Origin: Candidatus Binatia bacterium
GTDB taxonomy: Bacteria > Desulfobacterota > Binatia > Bin18
Direction: 5' to 3'
DNA: 64,000 nucleotides
Assembly (NCBI GenBank): GCA_963666315.2
Contig: CAXXHG010000032.1
Location: forward strand, 96,001 to 160,000
In this document: piece after piece, positions 9,615-20,346 of the stretch
Layout of the letters: every line of letters begins with the position of its first letter
Numbering within the stretch: the first letter of the stretch is position 1
The notes under the pieces: model-generated
What the model was told of the DNA's origin: nothing
Database searches by the model: none
What the model saw: the letters and a program-made list of their open reading frames with translations, nothing else
Program-made: the position numbers and the translations under genes

Positions 9615-10735
9615 ATGCTCATGCTATTGATCAATAGATCCTCATTCTCTACTCATTTTCGATATCGAGCCATGCTCACGATGGTGATGGTATTGTCGAC
9701 TTGGATCTTTACCGTCAGCGCTACGGCCCAACAAAGTAGAGGCACGATCACCATCATCAAGGACACCGTGCCCGATGGAGCCCGGACTTTGCCTTTACCA
9801 CCACCGGCGGCTTAAGCCCGAGCACGTTTAGTCTGGATGATGATGCCGACGGCACGCTGCCCACCACCCAAACGTATACAAACCTGGCGGCGGGCACGTA
9901 TACAGTGACCGAGTCGGGGGTAGCGGGCTTTACAACGACCCTGAGCTGTACGGATCCCTCAGGCGGCGCGAGCACGACGGGCGACAGCGCGCTCATCGAT
10001 CTGGCTCCTGGCGAGACCGTCACCTGTACATTTACGAATACGGCTCAGCCTCTAGCAGACGTTGAGATTGGCATCGACCAGTTTGCTCCAGCCGCCCTCT
10101 TGAGCCCAGCTGAGGCGCAGACACCGGGCCTCCTCGTGATATACTCGCTCACCGTGACCAACACTGGGCCAACGGCAGCCGAGAACGTCAGCGTGACGAG
10201 TCCGGTGCCGGCGGGCCTGATGTTTGAGTCGAATACCGGGGCGTGTACAACCCCAGTTCCCTGCACTCTGGGGACACTGGCAGTCGGCCAGAGTCGGGTG
10301 ATCACGACAACGCCCAGTGCACCGCCGGGCTTTGATCCCAGCCAGTCCATCACGCTGACGGCGACAGTCACCAGCACGACGCCAGACCCGGACCTGTGCA
10401 ATAACACAGCGAGCGCAATCATAACGATTTCCGAGATTCCCACCCTGCCGCAATGGGGGATGATGCTACTGACCCTCGCCTTACTCACAATTGCCATATG
10501 GCAGTTGGCAGGCCAGCGGGTGGTAGTGGGTGCGACAGCGGCCACAGGAGCCGTGCTCCCAGGGGCGGAGAGTCAGTGGTTGAGTTCCCTCTTCCTTGGT
10601 CAGGGACTCGCAACCCTGGGCTTAGGGTTGTATGCCGTGCTGGTCGGCCCCCTGGTGCCGCATGATGGGCTGGGCGCTTTCCTGGCCGGGCTGCTGCTCG
10701 GCGTGATGCTTGAGGGCTGCCGGCGCAGCCGCTGA
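9615..10735 (+). pseudogene. Secreted surface protein (prealbumin/SpaA-like + DUF11 domains) with IPTL-CTERM sorting signal, frameshifted near 9783
   Basis: Signal peptide then GTITIIKDTVPDG; other frame continues DFAFTTTGG...GETVTCTFTN, YSLTVTNTGP..AENV, DPDLCNNTAS, EIPTLPQWGMMLL. Confidence 0.75.
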
Positions 10736-10898
10736 CACACGGATCTCTTGGTAAATCTTCACTCTCGGGTCAAATCGAACAAACGACTAGAGTCGAGATG
10801 TGGCGCGGTGGCTTAGGCAGGGCCTATCTGTTACAGGTCGTGACTCAACACTTAGCGGCCTTTCAACTCAAAAAACGCATCGTCGCCGTTGCCCGGCT

Positions 10899-11975
10899 TC
10901 AGTAGCCCCGCTCCCAGTCCAATACGTTCAGGAGGGATTGGCCTGTGATATAGCGCTGTAGATTATCGCAAAATAACTCTATGCCTTTTGCTTGCTGGAC
11001 ATCAGTTCCACCTGACGTATGCGGAGTGATCATGACATTCGGCAGTTGCCAGAGTTCTTCTGGTGGCGGTCCGGTGAATTCTCCGCTGTAGACATCTAAG
11101 CCTGCCCCAGCAATCCAGCCCTCACGTAACGCTGTAGTTAAGGCAGATTGATCTATCAGTTCACCCCGGGCCACATTGATGAGATACGCACTCGGTTTCA
11201 TCTGGCGCAGTTCAGCTTCAGCCATGAGTCCATCCGTTTCCGGTGTCCATTGGGTGCTCAAGACAACAAAATCGCTCTGCTCAAGCAGAATAGACAGCTC
11301 TGCTGGCGGGAGCAGTTCGTCAACGTCTTGCGTCTTCGTGTGTGGAGTGGTTGCTGACCGACGCGTTGCCATAACCCGCATCCCGACTGCTTTGGCGAGA
11401 CGTGCGACAGCGCTCCCAATGCCACCCAGGCCGATAATGCCTATAGTTTTTCCCTGTACCAGTATGGGACGATATTCTGGGCGTTCGAATGCCTGATTGT
11501 TCCGATCGTGGAACGCTTGAGGCAAAGACTTGGCAAAGAGGAAGATCGTGGATAGAACATATTCCGCAATAGGCAAAGGGTTATTTAGCCCACGCGACGT
11601 TGTGACGACGACGTCGCTGCCCCACATATCGCCCATGCGCAAATTCGAGGCACCCGCAGGCGTTTGGTGGAGCCACTTGAGGCGCGGCGCCCGAGCGCGT
11701 AAGTCGAGCGGAAAAGGAAATCGAATGCAGATGACCTCGGCTTCGGCTAGCAGCGCGTCCCGCTCGGCGCGGGTCGAGGTGTTTGCTGCTACCAGTGCTT
11801 GCGGCACATAGCGACGAACGGATTCCGCCGGCCAGGTTTCGGGATACTCGACCTCGAACTTCCCGCGTGCATCCACAACCCGAATGCGTGGATCAATCGC
11901 GCTAATCTTCCCGGTGACAGACTCTCCCACAGCACCGAGCAGCAGGATGTTCAGGATGTTGAGCGGGTTCGGCAT
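10899..11975 (-). CDS. D-2-hydroxyacid dehydrogenase (NAD-binding)
   Basis: IGLGGIG, LINVARG, AGLDV, ITPHTSG motifs. Confidence 0.9.
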   Translation of the reverse strand: MPNPLNILNILLLGAVGESVTGKISAIDPRIRVVDARGKFEVEYPETWPAESVRRYVPQALVAANTSTRAERDALLAEAEVICIRFPFPLDLRARAPRLKWLHQTPAGASNLRMGDMWGSDVVVTTSRGLNNPLPIAEYVLSTIFLFAKSLPQAFHDRNNQAFERPEYRPILVQGKTIGIIGLGGIGSAVARLAKAVGMRVMATRRSATTPHTKTQDVDELLPPAELSILLEQSDFVVLSTQWTPETDGLMAEAELRQMKPSAYLINVARGELIDQSALTTALREGWIAGAGLDVYSGEFTGPPPEELWQLPNVMITPHTSGGTDVQQAKGIELFCDNLQRYITGQSLLNVLDWERGY

Positions 11976-12022
11976 GTGTCCGGTGAACAGCTAGCCAGTT
12001 GTAAAGACGCTGCCCGCTGCCC

Positions 12023-12433
12023 CTACTCAGCTCCGATTGCGTCAAGCGCCGCACGGGCGCATTCAATATCTTCGTCTTCCGTCCCGCCGCTCGTGCCCAC
12101 GCCACCAAGAAATTCACCACTCACAGCCAACGGCAAGCCGCCGCCAGCCAACAGCAACGTCCGTCCAATAATGTCGGCAACGCTGCTAAACAACTGCGAG
12201 CGCGATTCCGCCAGTTCGGCGACCTCGCGTGAGGTCCGGCGAAAAGTCGCAGCCGTAAACGCCTTGCTCTGGGCAACACCAGTTGTTAACCAACGCGCGT
12301 TATCCATACGTGCAAGCGCGACCAAGTTTCCAGCGGAATCCACGACGGCAAAGCTCATGTCCCAGCCTTTTTCTTGTGCTTTCTGTCTGGCTGCGGCAAT
12401 AAACTGTTCTGCAAGCGCTAATGTGAGAGGCAT
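12023..12433 (-). CDS. GlcG/HbpS heme-binding family protein
   Basis: AVVDSAGNLVALARMD, AQSKAFTA, GGGLPL, GGVGTSGG..ED; start at ATG 12433 after AAGGAG. Confidence 0.88.
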   Translation of the reverse strand: MPLTLALAEQFIAAARQKAQEKGWDMSFAVVDSAGNLVALARMDNARWLTTGVAQSKAFTAATFRRTSREVAELAESRSQLFSSVADIIGRTLLLAGGGLPLAVSGEFLGGVGTSGGTEDEDIECARAALDAIGAE

Positions 12434-12469
12434 GCTTTCTCCTTGTCTATAGAGGGACGAATACAGGCA

Positions 12470-12495
12470 GGGCAGCCACATGAGGCTGCCCCTAC
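12470..12495 (-). repeat. GTAG-type REP palindrome
   Basis: Minus strand GTAG-GGGCAGCC-TCATGT-GGCTGCCC, intergenic. Confidence 0.7.
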
Positions 12496-12523
12496 AATCT
12501 TTTTACAATCTCATGCAAGCAAG

Positions 12524-13432
12524 CTAGCGCTGATGATACAGCGGATGGCCTTTGTAGGGAGTCTTGAGACAACTGAAGTGATCGCCTTCGAGATTGGCGA
12601 TGTACAGTGTCTGCAAGTCCGGCCCGCCAAAGGCACAGTTGGTCGGAAAGTTCAGCTTCTTGCCTTCGGCAGAATCATCAATAAGCATGCGCCAATTGCC
12701 GTTGGTGTCAACGGCGATGACTTGATGGGCCGGGACCATTTCTCCACCCTTCACCACCGCCGGCAGAGTCACATACATATTGCCGTCCACATCAAAGGCC
12801 ATTCCATCCGGCAAAGACGGAAAATCTTTGGAGTAGATCTCAGGCTTGCCAAACGTACCATCCTTATTGATCTGGATACGCAGACAGTCATTCCGGGTGC
12901 TTTCCAGCACGTAGACCGCGTCTTCTTTGGGATCGATAGCTGTGCCGTTAGCCAGATAAATGCCCTCGGCCACAATTTCGCTCTTGCCGTTCGGACGGAT
13001 GACGACGAGCGCCCCTTTGGCCGAGGGCGTAGCCAATTCGGCGAGTACGTTCTCAATAGTCGACGTACTCGAATTCGAGATGTATAAATTGCCCTCAGCA
13101 TCGTAGCTGGCAAAGTTCGGCAGTGTCAGTTTCAGCGAGCCAACCTGATCCGCAATCAGCGACACTTCGCCACTCTGGGTGACGCGCATCATCGCCTGCT
13201 TGCCCAGGTCGCAGTACACCAGATCGCCATTCCGGTCCATCGTAACGCCATTCGGAATAGACCCCTCGGGAAGTGTGACCAGCTCACTCACAGTGCCATC
13301 TTGTGTGACCTTATACATGATGCCGTTACGCCCACCGCCAAAAACGTTGCCCTCCTTATCAACCACCACACCCTCGGCTTGCAGTACGCCTTTGCCAAAA
13401 ATCTCAACCTGATCAACAGAAAATGTTGCCAT
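12524..13432 (-). CDS. SMP-30/gluconolactonase family protein
   Basis: AEGV, PNG, PNF, ANG, PDGMAFD, PTNCAFGG six-blade propeller motifs. Confidence 0.88.
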   Translation of the reverse strand: MATFSVDQVEIFGKGVLQAEGVVVDKEGNVFGGGRNGIMYKVTQDGTVSELVTLPEGSIPNGVTMDRNGDLVYCDLGKQAMMRVTQSGEVSLIADQVGSLKLTLPNFASYDAEGNLYISNSSTSTIENVLAELATPSAKGALVVIRPNGKSEIVAEGIYLANGTAIDPKEDAVYVLESTRNDCLRIQINKDGTFGKPEIYSKDFPSLPDGMAFDVDGNMYVTLPAVVKGGEMVPAHQVIAVDTNGNWRMLIDDSAEGKKLNFPTNCAFGGPDLQTLYIANLEGDHFSCLKTPYKGHPLYHQR

Positions 13433-13466
13433 ACAAAGTCCTCCTTTCACCCCTCCCGTGCTTTGA

Positions 13467-13943
13467 TTATCGCTCTGCCTCTACCCCTGCCGCTTCCGCC
13501 TCATCTCGCTGTTTCGTGAACGTCACCTCGCCCACTGCCGAACCACTCAAAATGACTAAGAGATTCGTCTCCTCAGCCCCAATATTCCGAAAGCCTTCTG
13601 GTGTTCCAGCTGGAAAGGAAATCGTATCCCATTGTTCCAGCACGACCTCGTTCTTGCCGTCGTCTCCCCAGAAGAAAGCGCATTTTCCAGACAGCACCAC
13701 GAAGACTTCTGGTTTGGGGTGGCTATGCAGCGGGGCTCCCTTGCCCGGGCTTACCTTGTTAATCACCATGGTAAAACCATGGTTTCCTGCGATCGCAGGA
13801 ACAGTCTTGCCCGCCCTCCCGATCAATGCGTAGCCCCGCATCCCGTCAGGTTCGTAGTTCTTGATAAAGCTCGCGTAGTCAATCGGCTTGAGATCCTCAA
13901 ACCGCGCAATACTCGTGCTCATACCGTCTTGTCCGCTTGGCAT
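13467..13943 (-). CDS. Cupin domain protein
   Basis: PGKGAPLHSH..PEVFVVLSG and WDTISFPAG...GFRN. Confidence 0.85.
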   Translation of the reverse strand: MPSGQDGMSTSIARFEDLKPIDYASFIKNYEPDGMRGYALIGRAGKTVPAIAGNHGFTMVINKVSPGKGAPLHSHPKPEVFVVLSGKCAFFWGDDGKNEVVLEQWDTISFPAGTPEGFRNIGAEETNLLVILSGSAVGEVTFTKQRDEAEAAGVEAER

Positions 13944-13975
13944 AATTCCTCCTTCGTGGCTATTTGTGAATTTTT

Positions 13976-14142
13976 GTAGTAGCGCGTTTGTATGAAAACT
14001 GTGTCCTGCACTTGTCCCGGTTCCCCTTCGACAGGCTTAGGGCAAACGGGAAGAGGCGGTGTGGAACGGAACCGTTCGTGCTGAGCCCCGTCGAAGCATG
14101 AACGAGCAGGGACGCATTATTTCAGACTGGATGCGCTACTAC
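13976..14142. repeat. Nested palindromic REP/MITE-like element, copy 1
   Basis: Terminal inverted repeat GTAGTAGCGC...GCGCTACTAC enclosing CCCTTCGACAGGCTTAGGGCAAACGG...CCGTTCGTGCTGAGCCCCGTCGAAGCATGAACG. Confidence 0.8.
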
Positions 14143-14148
14143 ATATTT

Positions 14149-15312
14149 TTAAATAACTCCCTCTTCTCTCCACCCAGCCATCTCTGCTGGAGTGTGTCCC
14201 AACCACTCGCAATAGACCTCGCTGTTGTGCTCACCCGGTTGCGGTATCGGACCGATTTTCCCCGGTGTGTCGGAGAACTTGACCGTCAGACCCGGCACAT
14301 AGGTCTTGCCCTTTTCTCTATCCTCAATCTCAACCAGCATCTTCCGCTCCCAGAGGTGCGGATCTTGGGCCGCTTGCGAAATGCTCTGCACCGGTCCGAC
14401 TGGTACCTCAGCCTGCACTAAGATTTGCACGACTTCCGCAACAGTATTCTCCTTGACCCAGCCCTCTACCAGAGCGTTGACCTCGTCGGCATGCGCGGCC
14501 CGGCCTGGAATACTGGAGTAACGTTCGTCGTCAATCAGATCCTCACGACCGATGCCGCGACAGAAGCGACCCCACATATGCTGTGGGACCGCCAGGATAT
14601 ACACCCAGCCGTCTTTGGCTTGGTAGGTGTTGCACGGGGCGAGGCCACCCGGTGCATTGCCCCGCCGCTGAGGCTCTTTGCCGCTCAGCAAATATTGCGC
14701 GATGGGAATTTCCATTAGCGTATAGCCTGTGTCGAGCAAACACACATCAAGCGCTTGGCCCTCACCAGTCATGTCTCGGCGATGCAGCGCGCCGAGCGCA
14801 CCGACAGTGGCATGCAGCGCAGTAATGCGATCGATAATCGGCGAATTCGTCATAATCGGCGGGCCGTCGGGGAAGCCGGTAAAACCCATCAGACCTGACA
14901 TGGCCTGGCCGATCGGGTCGTAGGCCGGACGGTCCCGATACGGACCTTCTTGACCAAAGCCAGACACATTAATGAGAATAAGCCCACGGTTGAGCTGCTT
15001 GAGGACGTCGTATCCAAGGCCCATGGAGTCCATGACTCCAGGCCGAAAGTTTTGCAGCAACATGTCAACTTTCGGCACCAAGGACTTGAGGATGGCGATA
15101 CCCTGCGCGCTGCGCAGATTCAGCGTGATGCTCTTCTTGCCCCGGTTATACACCGACCAATACACACTGCCTAAGCCACGCGACTCATCCCCACCCGGTG
15201 CTTCAACCTTAATCACCTCTGCGCCAAGATCGCCCAAGACCATCGCGCAGCGCGGACCGGCCTGATAGCGCCCGAGATCAAGGACTTTGATTCCATCCAG
15301 ACAGCCTGCCAT
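14149..15312 (-). CDS. Family III CoA-transferase (CaiB/BaiF)
   Basis: QAGP...LGDLGAEVIKVE, YNRGKKS, QNFRPG, PGEHN motifs. Confidence 0.92.
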   Translation of the reverse strand: MAGCLDGIKVLDLGRYQAGPRCAMVLGDLGAEVIKVEAPGGDESRGLGSVYWSVYNRGKKSITLNLRSAQGIAILKSLVPKVDMLLQNFRPGVMDSMGLGYDVLKQLNRGLILINVSGFGQEGPYRDRPAYDPIGQAMSGLMGFTGFPDGPPIMTNSPIIDRITALHATVGALGALHRRDMTGEGQALDVCLLDTGYTLMEIPIAQYLLSGKEPQRRGNAPGGLAPCNTYQAKDGWVYILAVPQHMWGRFCRGIGREDLIDDERYSSIPGRAAHADEVNALVEGWVKENTVAEVVQILVQAEVPVGPVQSISQAAQDPHLWERKMLVEIEDREKGKTYVPGLTVKFSDTPGKIGPIPQPGEHNSEVYCEWLGHTPAEMAGWREEGVI

Positions 15313-15323
15313 AGTGTTCGTCC

Positions 15324-16394
15324 TTATTGCAAATGCGGCATCACATATTTGGCAAATCGTTCAATCGACCCCATGATCTTTTCGTGCGGAATAGTATGCA
15401 CCTGCTGCATGAGCAAAATACTATCCGCCCCAGCTTCCTTATGGAGTTTGAGCTTACGAATACATTCCTCCGGATCACCAACCACGACCAGATCATGATC
15501 GTTGAGATAATCAAAAGTAATCGTGTCCATATCAATGCCAAATATCTGCTGCAGATAGCTGTAATCGCCCTTGGCCTTCTTGGCCATAGGCAGGACCATC
15601 TCGATCGCCCGTTTGGTTGCCCAGACCATACTGTCCGCGGCAGTCTGGCGCGCCTCCGCCGGACTCTCACCGCAGTAGCCCATGGCAAAGACGGCCGTTC
15701 GCTCATTCACGAATGCGCCAACTGGTTTTGCATCTTTAATTGCTGCTCGATATTTGGCTATCCGGTTGGCTAATTCCGGAGGTTCGACTAATAATGTGAA
15801 CGACAATAGGCCCAAGCCTTTTTGTCCGGCTAGCTCATGTCCTTCGGCGCTCGTGGTCGCCATCCACAGCGGAGGATGGGGCTTTTGGCGAGGTTTGGGA
15901 ACAACTGCACGAGGCGGGATCTTGAAATACTTGCCTTCCCACTCAAAGATCTCATTGGTCCAGATCTGGGGCAACATATGCAGAGCTTCGTCCCAACGCG
16001 CCCGAGTTTCCTCAGCGGGAATACCAAACCCGTCCAGTTCGATTGCAGTGGTTGAACGCCCTGTCCCAACGTCGATGCGGCCGTTACTCAGCAGATCGAG
16101 TACGGCCACACGTTCGGCAACCCGAACCGGATGGTTATACGGAAAAGGCAGCAACACCACCCCATGTCCGATGCGAATATTTTTGGTGCGCTGGCTGACT
16201 GCGCCATACAACACTTCCGGTGCGGAGCAGTGCGAGAACTCCGAAAAGAAGTGGTGCTCAACCGTCCAGAACGAATGAAATCCGACTTCGTCAGCCAGTT
16301 GGACCTGGTCGAGCACCTGTTGGTAGATGTCGAACTCTTGATCCTCGTACCAGGGCTTAGGCACTTGGATCTCATAGAACATGCCAAACTTCAT
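15324..16394 (-). CDS. Luciferase-like (LLM) flavin-dependent oxidoreductase
   Basis: MKFGMF, WTVEHHF, HPVRVAE..A.LDLLSNGR, PKPRQKPHPPLW. Confidence 0.92.
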   Translation of the reverse strand: MKFGMFYEIQVPKPWYEDQEFDIYQQVLDQVQLADEVGFHSFWTVEHHFFSEFSHCSAPEVLYGAVSQRTKNIRIGHGVVLLPFPYNHPVRVAERVAVLDLLSNGRIDVGTGRSTTAIELDGFGIPAEETRARWDEALHMLPQIWTNEIFEWEGKYFKIPPRAVVPKPRQKPHPPLWMATTSAEGHELAGQKGLGLLSFTLLVEPPELANRIAKYRAAIKDAKPVGAFVNERTAVFAMGYCGESPAEARQTAADSMVWATKRAIEMVLPMAKKAKGDYSYLQQIFGIDMDTITFDYLNDHDLVVVGDPEECIRKLKLHKEAGADSILLMQQVHTIPHEKIMGSIERFAKYVMPHLQ

Positions 16395-16441
16395 CTCCCC
16401 CCCTTTGAGGCTGTCCGATCCGCCAGCTCTTCTGACACGAG

Positions 16442-16484
16442 AAAAAAAACGGGGAACCAGAGAGCGATGCTCCGGTTCCCCGTC
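16442..16484 (-). terminator. Intrinsic terminator after the amidohydrolase gene
   Basis: Minus strand ACGGGGAACCGGAG...CTCTGGTTCCCCGT followed by a run of about 8 T. Confidence 0.75.
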
Positions 16485-16532
16485 CTGGCGTCCTGGGTTC
16501 CGATTCGAGATGGAGCGCTCTAGGCGGAGAGC

Positions 16533-18275
16533 CTAGCGGGCGGCACCGTTATAGAGCAGCGCACCTGAGGCGTTGCCCGTGCATTCGCCATCCTGGAAGG
16601 TCTCTTCGCCGTTGACCAGGATATGCCTATAGCCCTCAGCCTTCTGCACCCGCCGCCACTCGTTGGCCGGCGGATCGTGGGCGATCTCACTCGGACGGGA
16701 GTTCACGGTATCGGCATCGTACACGACGATATCGGCCGCTTGACCTGTACGCAGGGTGCCCCGATCCGTGATGCCCGCCGCCCAGGCCATAATTCCGCTC
16801 AGGCGGAAGTGGGCTTCTTCTAGGCTCAGGACATCCTGCTCCCGCACCAGCCAGGACAGGACCTCGGTCGGATAGATGGCCGGCGTGATGAACTTCACAT
16901 GCGCGCCACCGTCCGAGACACCGGGCATCATATACGGCGAGCTCATCAGCTCCTTGAAGCCCTCGACGTTGGCATTGGCGATCGGGCCGGCCCATTCGGT
17001 GCGCAGGTCGTCGGCCACCGAAAGATCCAGCATGGCATCGATGACGTGCTTGCCTTCCTTTTCGGCAATTTGCTCCACCGACAGGCCTTCGTATATCAGT
17101 TTGAGATCACGGTTACGAACTTTACGCGCAATGAACTTATGGAACTCGCCAAAGATGATGTTCATCGTGTCCATGCCGCCCTTGTCGTAGTCGTCGCGCA
17201 TCTCCTTGCGCAGCTCGGGCTTCGCCAGTTTGGCTTTCCGCTCTTCGACCGTCCCGAGCGTGGCTTCCTTCCAGGCCGGAATACCATCAAACAGGTTCCA
17301 GTCTTCCAGCGTCATCCGCACTGGGGCCCGAGCGGTGACGGCCTGTCCGAACACGCGTGCGCCACGCTTGTTGGCTGCGGCTATCCACTTCATCTGAGCC
17401 TGGTGGGACTCAGGATGCTTGTCACTGATCACAAGGGCGTTATACAGTAGCGGCTGACCCGACGTCTTGGCCATCTTTTCCAAGAATAGGAAGTCATCCT
17501 CGACGCCAAAGCTACTTTCGCTGGCACCCGACTGGGTGAACTGGATGCAGCCCTGACCGACGTCATACATGGCCTTGGCCATGTCCATATAGAACTCGTC
17601 CGGCAGGATGTCGGTGATCATCGGCGTCCCATCATAGTCGCGCTGCACAGACACCCGACTTTCGGGCACCAGACGCTGGGCTGACCAACCCGCAGCGCCT
17701 GCCTTCACCGCTTCCTTATAATGGCCAATAATGGTGGCCATCTCGTCTTTATTCGGGTAGCGCTTCTTGGCATCATCAAAACCGCCCATCACATACGCCA
17801 CGGCAGGTGCAAGCGGGAAGAGATGCGACACATTGACGCCTAACGGCATGCGCGACAGCCGATCCATGTATTGGGGGAAGGTCTCCCAGTCGACTTTCAT
17901 CGATACGCGCATGGGTTCCAGTGGAATCGCTTCGGTGCGGGACAAAGCCAACATGGCCCGGTCGACGTCTTGGGGACGCAGCGGGGCAAAACCAAAACCG
18001 CAGTTTCCAATGGTGACCGTGGTCACGCCGTGCCAACTGCCGATCGTACAGTACGGATCCCAGTGTAACTGGGCATCATAGTGGGTATGGAGATCAATGA
18101 ACCCAGGGGCCACGACCAGCCCAGTGGCATCAATCTCCTTTTTGGCATCGCTGCTGTTGAGGCGACCGATCTCAGCAACTTTACCGTCCTTGATACCAAG
18201 GTCAGCCCGGTAACGCGGTACCTTCGTTCCATCGACGATCGTACCGTTCTTAATCACTGTATCAAACTGCGGCAT
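16533..18275 (-). CDS. N-acyl-D-amino-acid deacylase-like amidohydrolase
   Basis: APGFIDLHTHYDAQ, GNCGFGFAP, SDGGAH motifs. Confidence 0.88.
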   Translation of the reverse strand: MPQFDTVIKNGTIVDGTKVPRYRADLGIKDGKVAEIGRLNSSDAKKEIDATGLVVAPGFIDLHTHYDAQLHWDPYCTIGSWHGVTTVTIGNCGFGFAPLRPQDVDRAMLALSRTEAIPLEPMRVSMKVDWETFPQYMDRLSRMPLGVNVSHLFPLAPAVAYVMGGFDDAKKRYPNKDEMATIIGHYKEAVKAGAAGWSAQRLVPESRVSVQRDYDGTPMITDILPDEFYMDMAKAMYDVGQGCIQFTQSGASESSFGVEDDFLFLEKMAKTSGQPLLYNALVISDKHPESHQAQMKWIAAANKRGARVFGQAVTARAPVRMTLEDWNLFDGIPAWKEATLGTVEERKAKLAKPELRKEMRDDYDKGGMDTMNIIFGEFHKFIARKVRNRDLKLIYEGLSVEQIAEKEGKHVIDAMLDLSVADDLRTEWAGPIANANVEGFKELMSSPYMMPGVSDGGAHVKFITPAIYPTEVLSWLVREQDVLSLEEAHFRLSGIMAWAAGITDRGTLRTGQAADIVVYDADTVNSRPSEIAHDPPANEWRRVQKAEGYRHILVNGEETFQDGECTGNASGALLYNGAAR

Positions 18276-18460
18276 AACTCCCTCCCTTATAGTATTTATC
18301 CAATCATCTCACTTCGAATTTTTTGCACACGCGCAACACCATCCCGTGTCAACCTTAAACGAAGAAAAATACAGATTTCCCTCTACGGGGGCCCCTGTCT
18401 TGGCAACACGTTTTCATATGCTCCCCATGATCTGCAAGATCTGGAGGATCCATTTGAGCC

Positions 18461-19486
18461 TTAGTGAAAATGCGGCATGACTTCTGTGGCGAACAGTTCA
18501 AGACAACGCGACACTTTCTCCAGGGCCAGCCCCGGCAGATGCATGCCCATGGCCAAATGCGTCACGCGTGTTTCGTCCTGGTAGCGTTGAAGAGCCTGAA
18601 TACAGTCGTCCGGAGTCCCCGCCATAGGCGCTCCGCCCGGAATCGTAGGGTCTATGTTGCGCAGTTCTTCTATGCTGGGGACTTGGGACATGGCGCGATC
18701 GGCACGTAAATCTCCCGCTTGCTTCAGGAGCGGAAAGGCAGACGCAAACAGATAGTGCATATGCTCGCCCACCTCGTCCCAGGCCTGGTCTCGACTCTCG
18801 GCCACATACACCCAGCGCAGTTGGGCCAGAGAGAAGTCTTGCGGGTTGCGGCCGCAACGCTGCAGCTCAGCGTCATAGGCGCGCTGTTGAGCGACTTCGC
18901 CCGTACCCATGAGGTGAAATCCCATTCGAGCTGCCCGCTCCACGGCCTTTTTGCTTCGTGCGCCTATCCAGATGGGAGGATGAGGCTGCTGAACCGGTCG
19001 CGGGGTAAGACCGGCTTCCTTGAGGTGATACTAGTGTCCATCAAAGGAGAACGCATCGTGTGTCCACAGCCCGCGTATGACCTCAAGGTCTTCTTCCAAG
19101 CGGGCATCGCGTTGCTCGCGCGGGAAACCAAACGCATCAAACTCTTTGTTCCGATAGCCCTTCCCAACCCCAAGGTCGAACCGGCCATGGGATAAGATAT
19201 CGACGGTGATCGCATCCTCGGCAACACGCAGCGCGTGCTGGAAGGGCAGAACGAGAATAAAGGTACCGATGCGAATGCGCGTTGTGCGCGTGGCAATTCC
19301 CGCAGCCAACGGCAGCAATGCCGGCGACCAACCGTCATCGTCAAAGTGATGCTCGGTCAACCAGATATTATCGTAGCCGAGCTCTTCTATTCGGACGATC
19401 TGATCCAGCAGATCTTGATACAGAGTAGGAAAAGGCCGTTCCCAGCGGGCAGGATTCCAGAACGGCATCAAAAGACCAAATTTCAT
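18461..19486 (-). pseudogene. LLM class flavin-dependent oxidoreductase with in-frame TAG at 19031-19033
   Basis: MKFGLL..LTEHHF..FSFDGH*YHLKEAGLTPRPVQQPHPPIWIG continues in the same frame into ORF 18461..18943. Confidence 0.85.
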
Positions 19487-19833
19487 ACTTCCCCCCAGGC
19501 AGGCCCCACCAGAAATCGGGCAATCGTTCCAAACTTCATTTTTACCTTCTATTCTCCCCAATTCGGAATGAAGGTTCGTTCACTCTTATCACCTCACAGC
19601 GCTGTTTTCTGCTCGTTCAGACGATCTTTACAATGGCGGTCCCTTATGACTTGCATTATCAAGAGGTTGATGGCGAGTTGGATATGCTCCGTCATCTTTC
19701 CTCCTTGAGAACTTGCGCTACCCTGTATATTGCTGCGCCGCAGCCATATCCGCTGTGATATGGCGATGCAGGGCAACGCCGGTCACGCTGGTTGCAGCCG
19801 AGCGACGCCCAGAATGGACTTTTTGGACACGCT

Positions 19834-20336
19834 CTAAGATTTCTCAGCAGGGTTTCGTACGATCCCTAAGTCTCGTATCACCTCAGCTCCCAACTGCGTG
19901 AACACCTGGGACGAAATCCCAAACTTCAAACCCCGGCCGCCTCCGCCGAGGATAACCGACTCCAACTGCATCACCCGTTCATCAACGTATAGCGGCATGT
20001 CTGCTGGCAAGGAAAACGGCGTCACTCCGCCGACCTGCATGCCCGTTAGTGCGTTCATCTGCTCGGCGGACGCAAACGAGGCTTTGGATACACCCATGAG
20101 TTTGCGTACCCGTTTGTTCACATCGAGCTGGGTCGTGGCCAGGACCACACACGCCACAAACTTCTTGGGCCCCTTCTTGGACGCGACAATAATCGTGTTG
20201 CCGGACGTTTCCGGCGGATAGCCATATTTGTCACAAAATACTGCAGTTTCCGCATGCGCAGGGTCGATGGTAATCCGCTCGTAGGACACCCAATTTTTTC
20301 AAGCGCGTCGATAACCTGTTGTTCCGAAGATGTCAT
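19834..20336 (-). pseudogene. YbaK/EbsC (prolyl-tRNA editing-like) protein, frameshifted near 20290
   Basis: MTSSEQQVIDALEKIG after GGAGG RBS, then other frame SYERITIDP...LTGMQVGGVTPF...GGG.R. Confidence 0.8.
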
Positions 20337-20346
20337 GCCGTCCTCC

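Noticed and set aside
19560-19830. Strong RBS and short ORF MTEHIQLAINL between YbaK and LLM
   Set aside because: Probably another gene remnant but too short to assign any family
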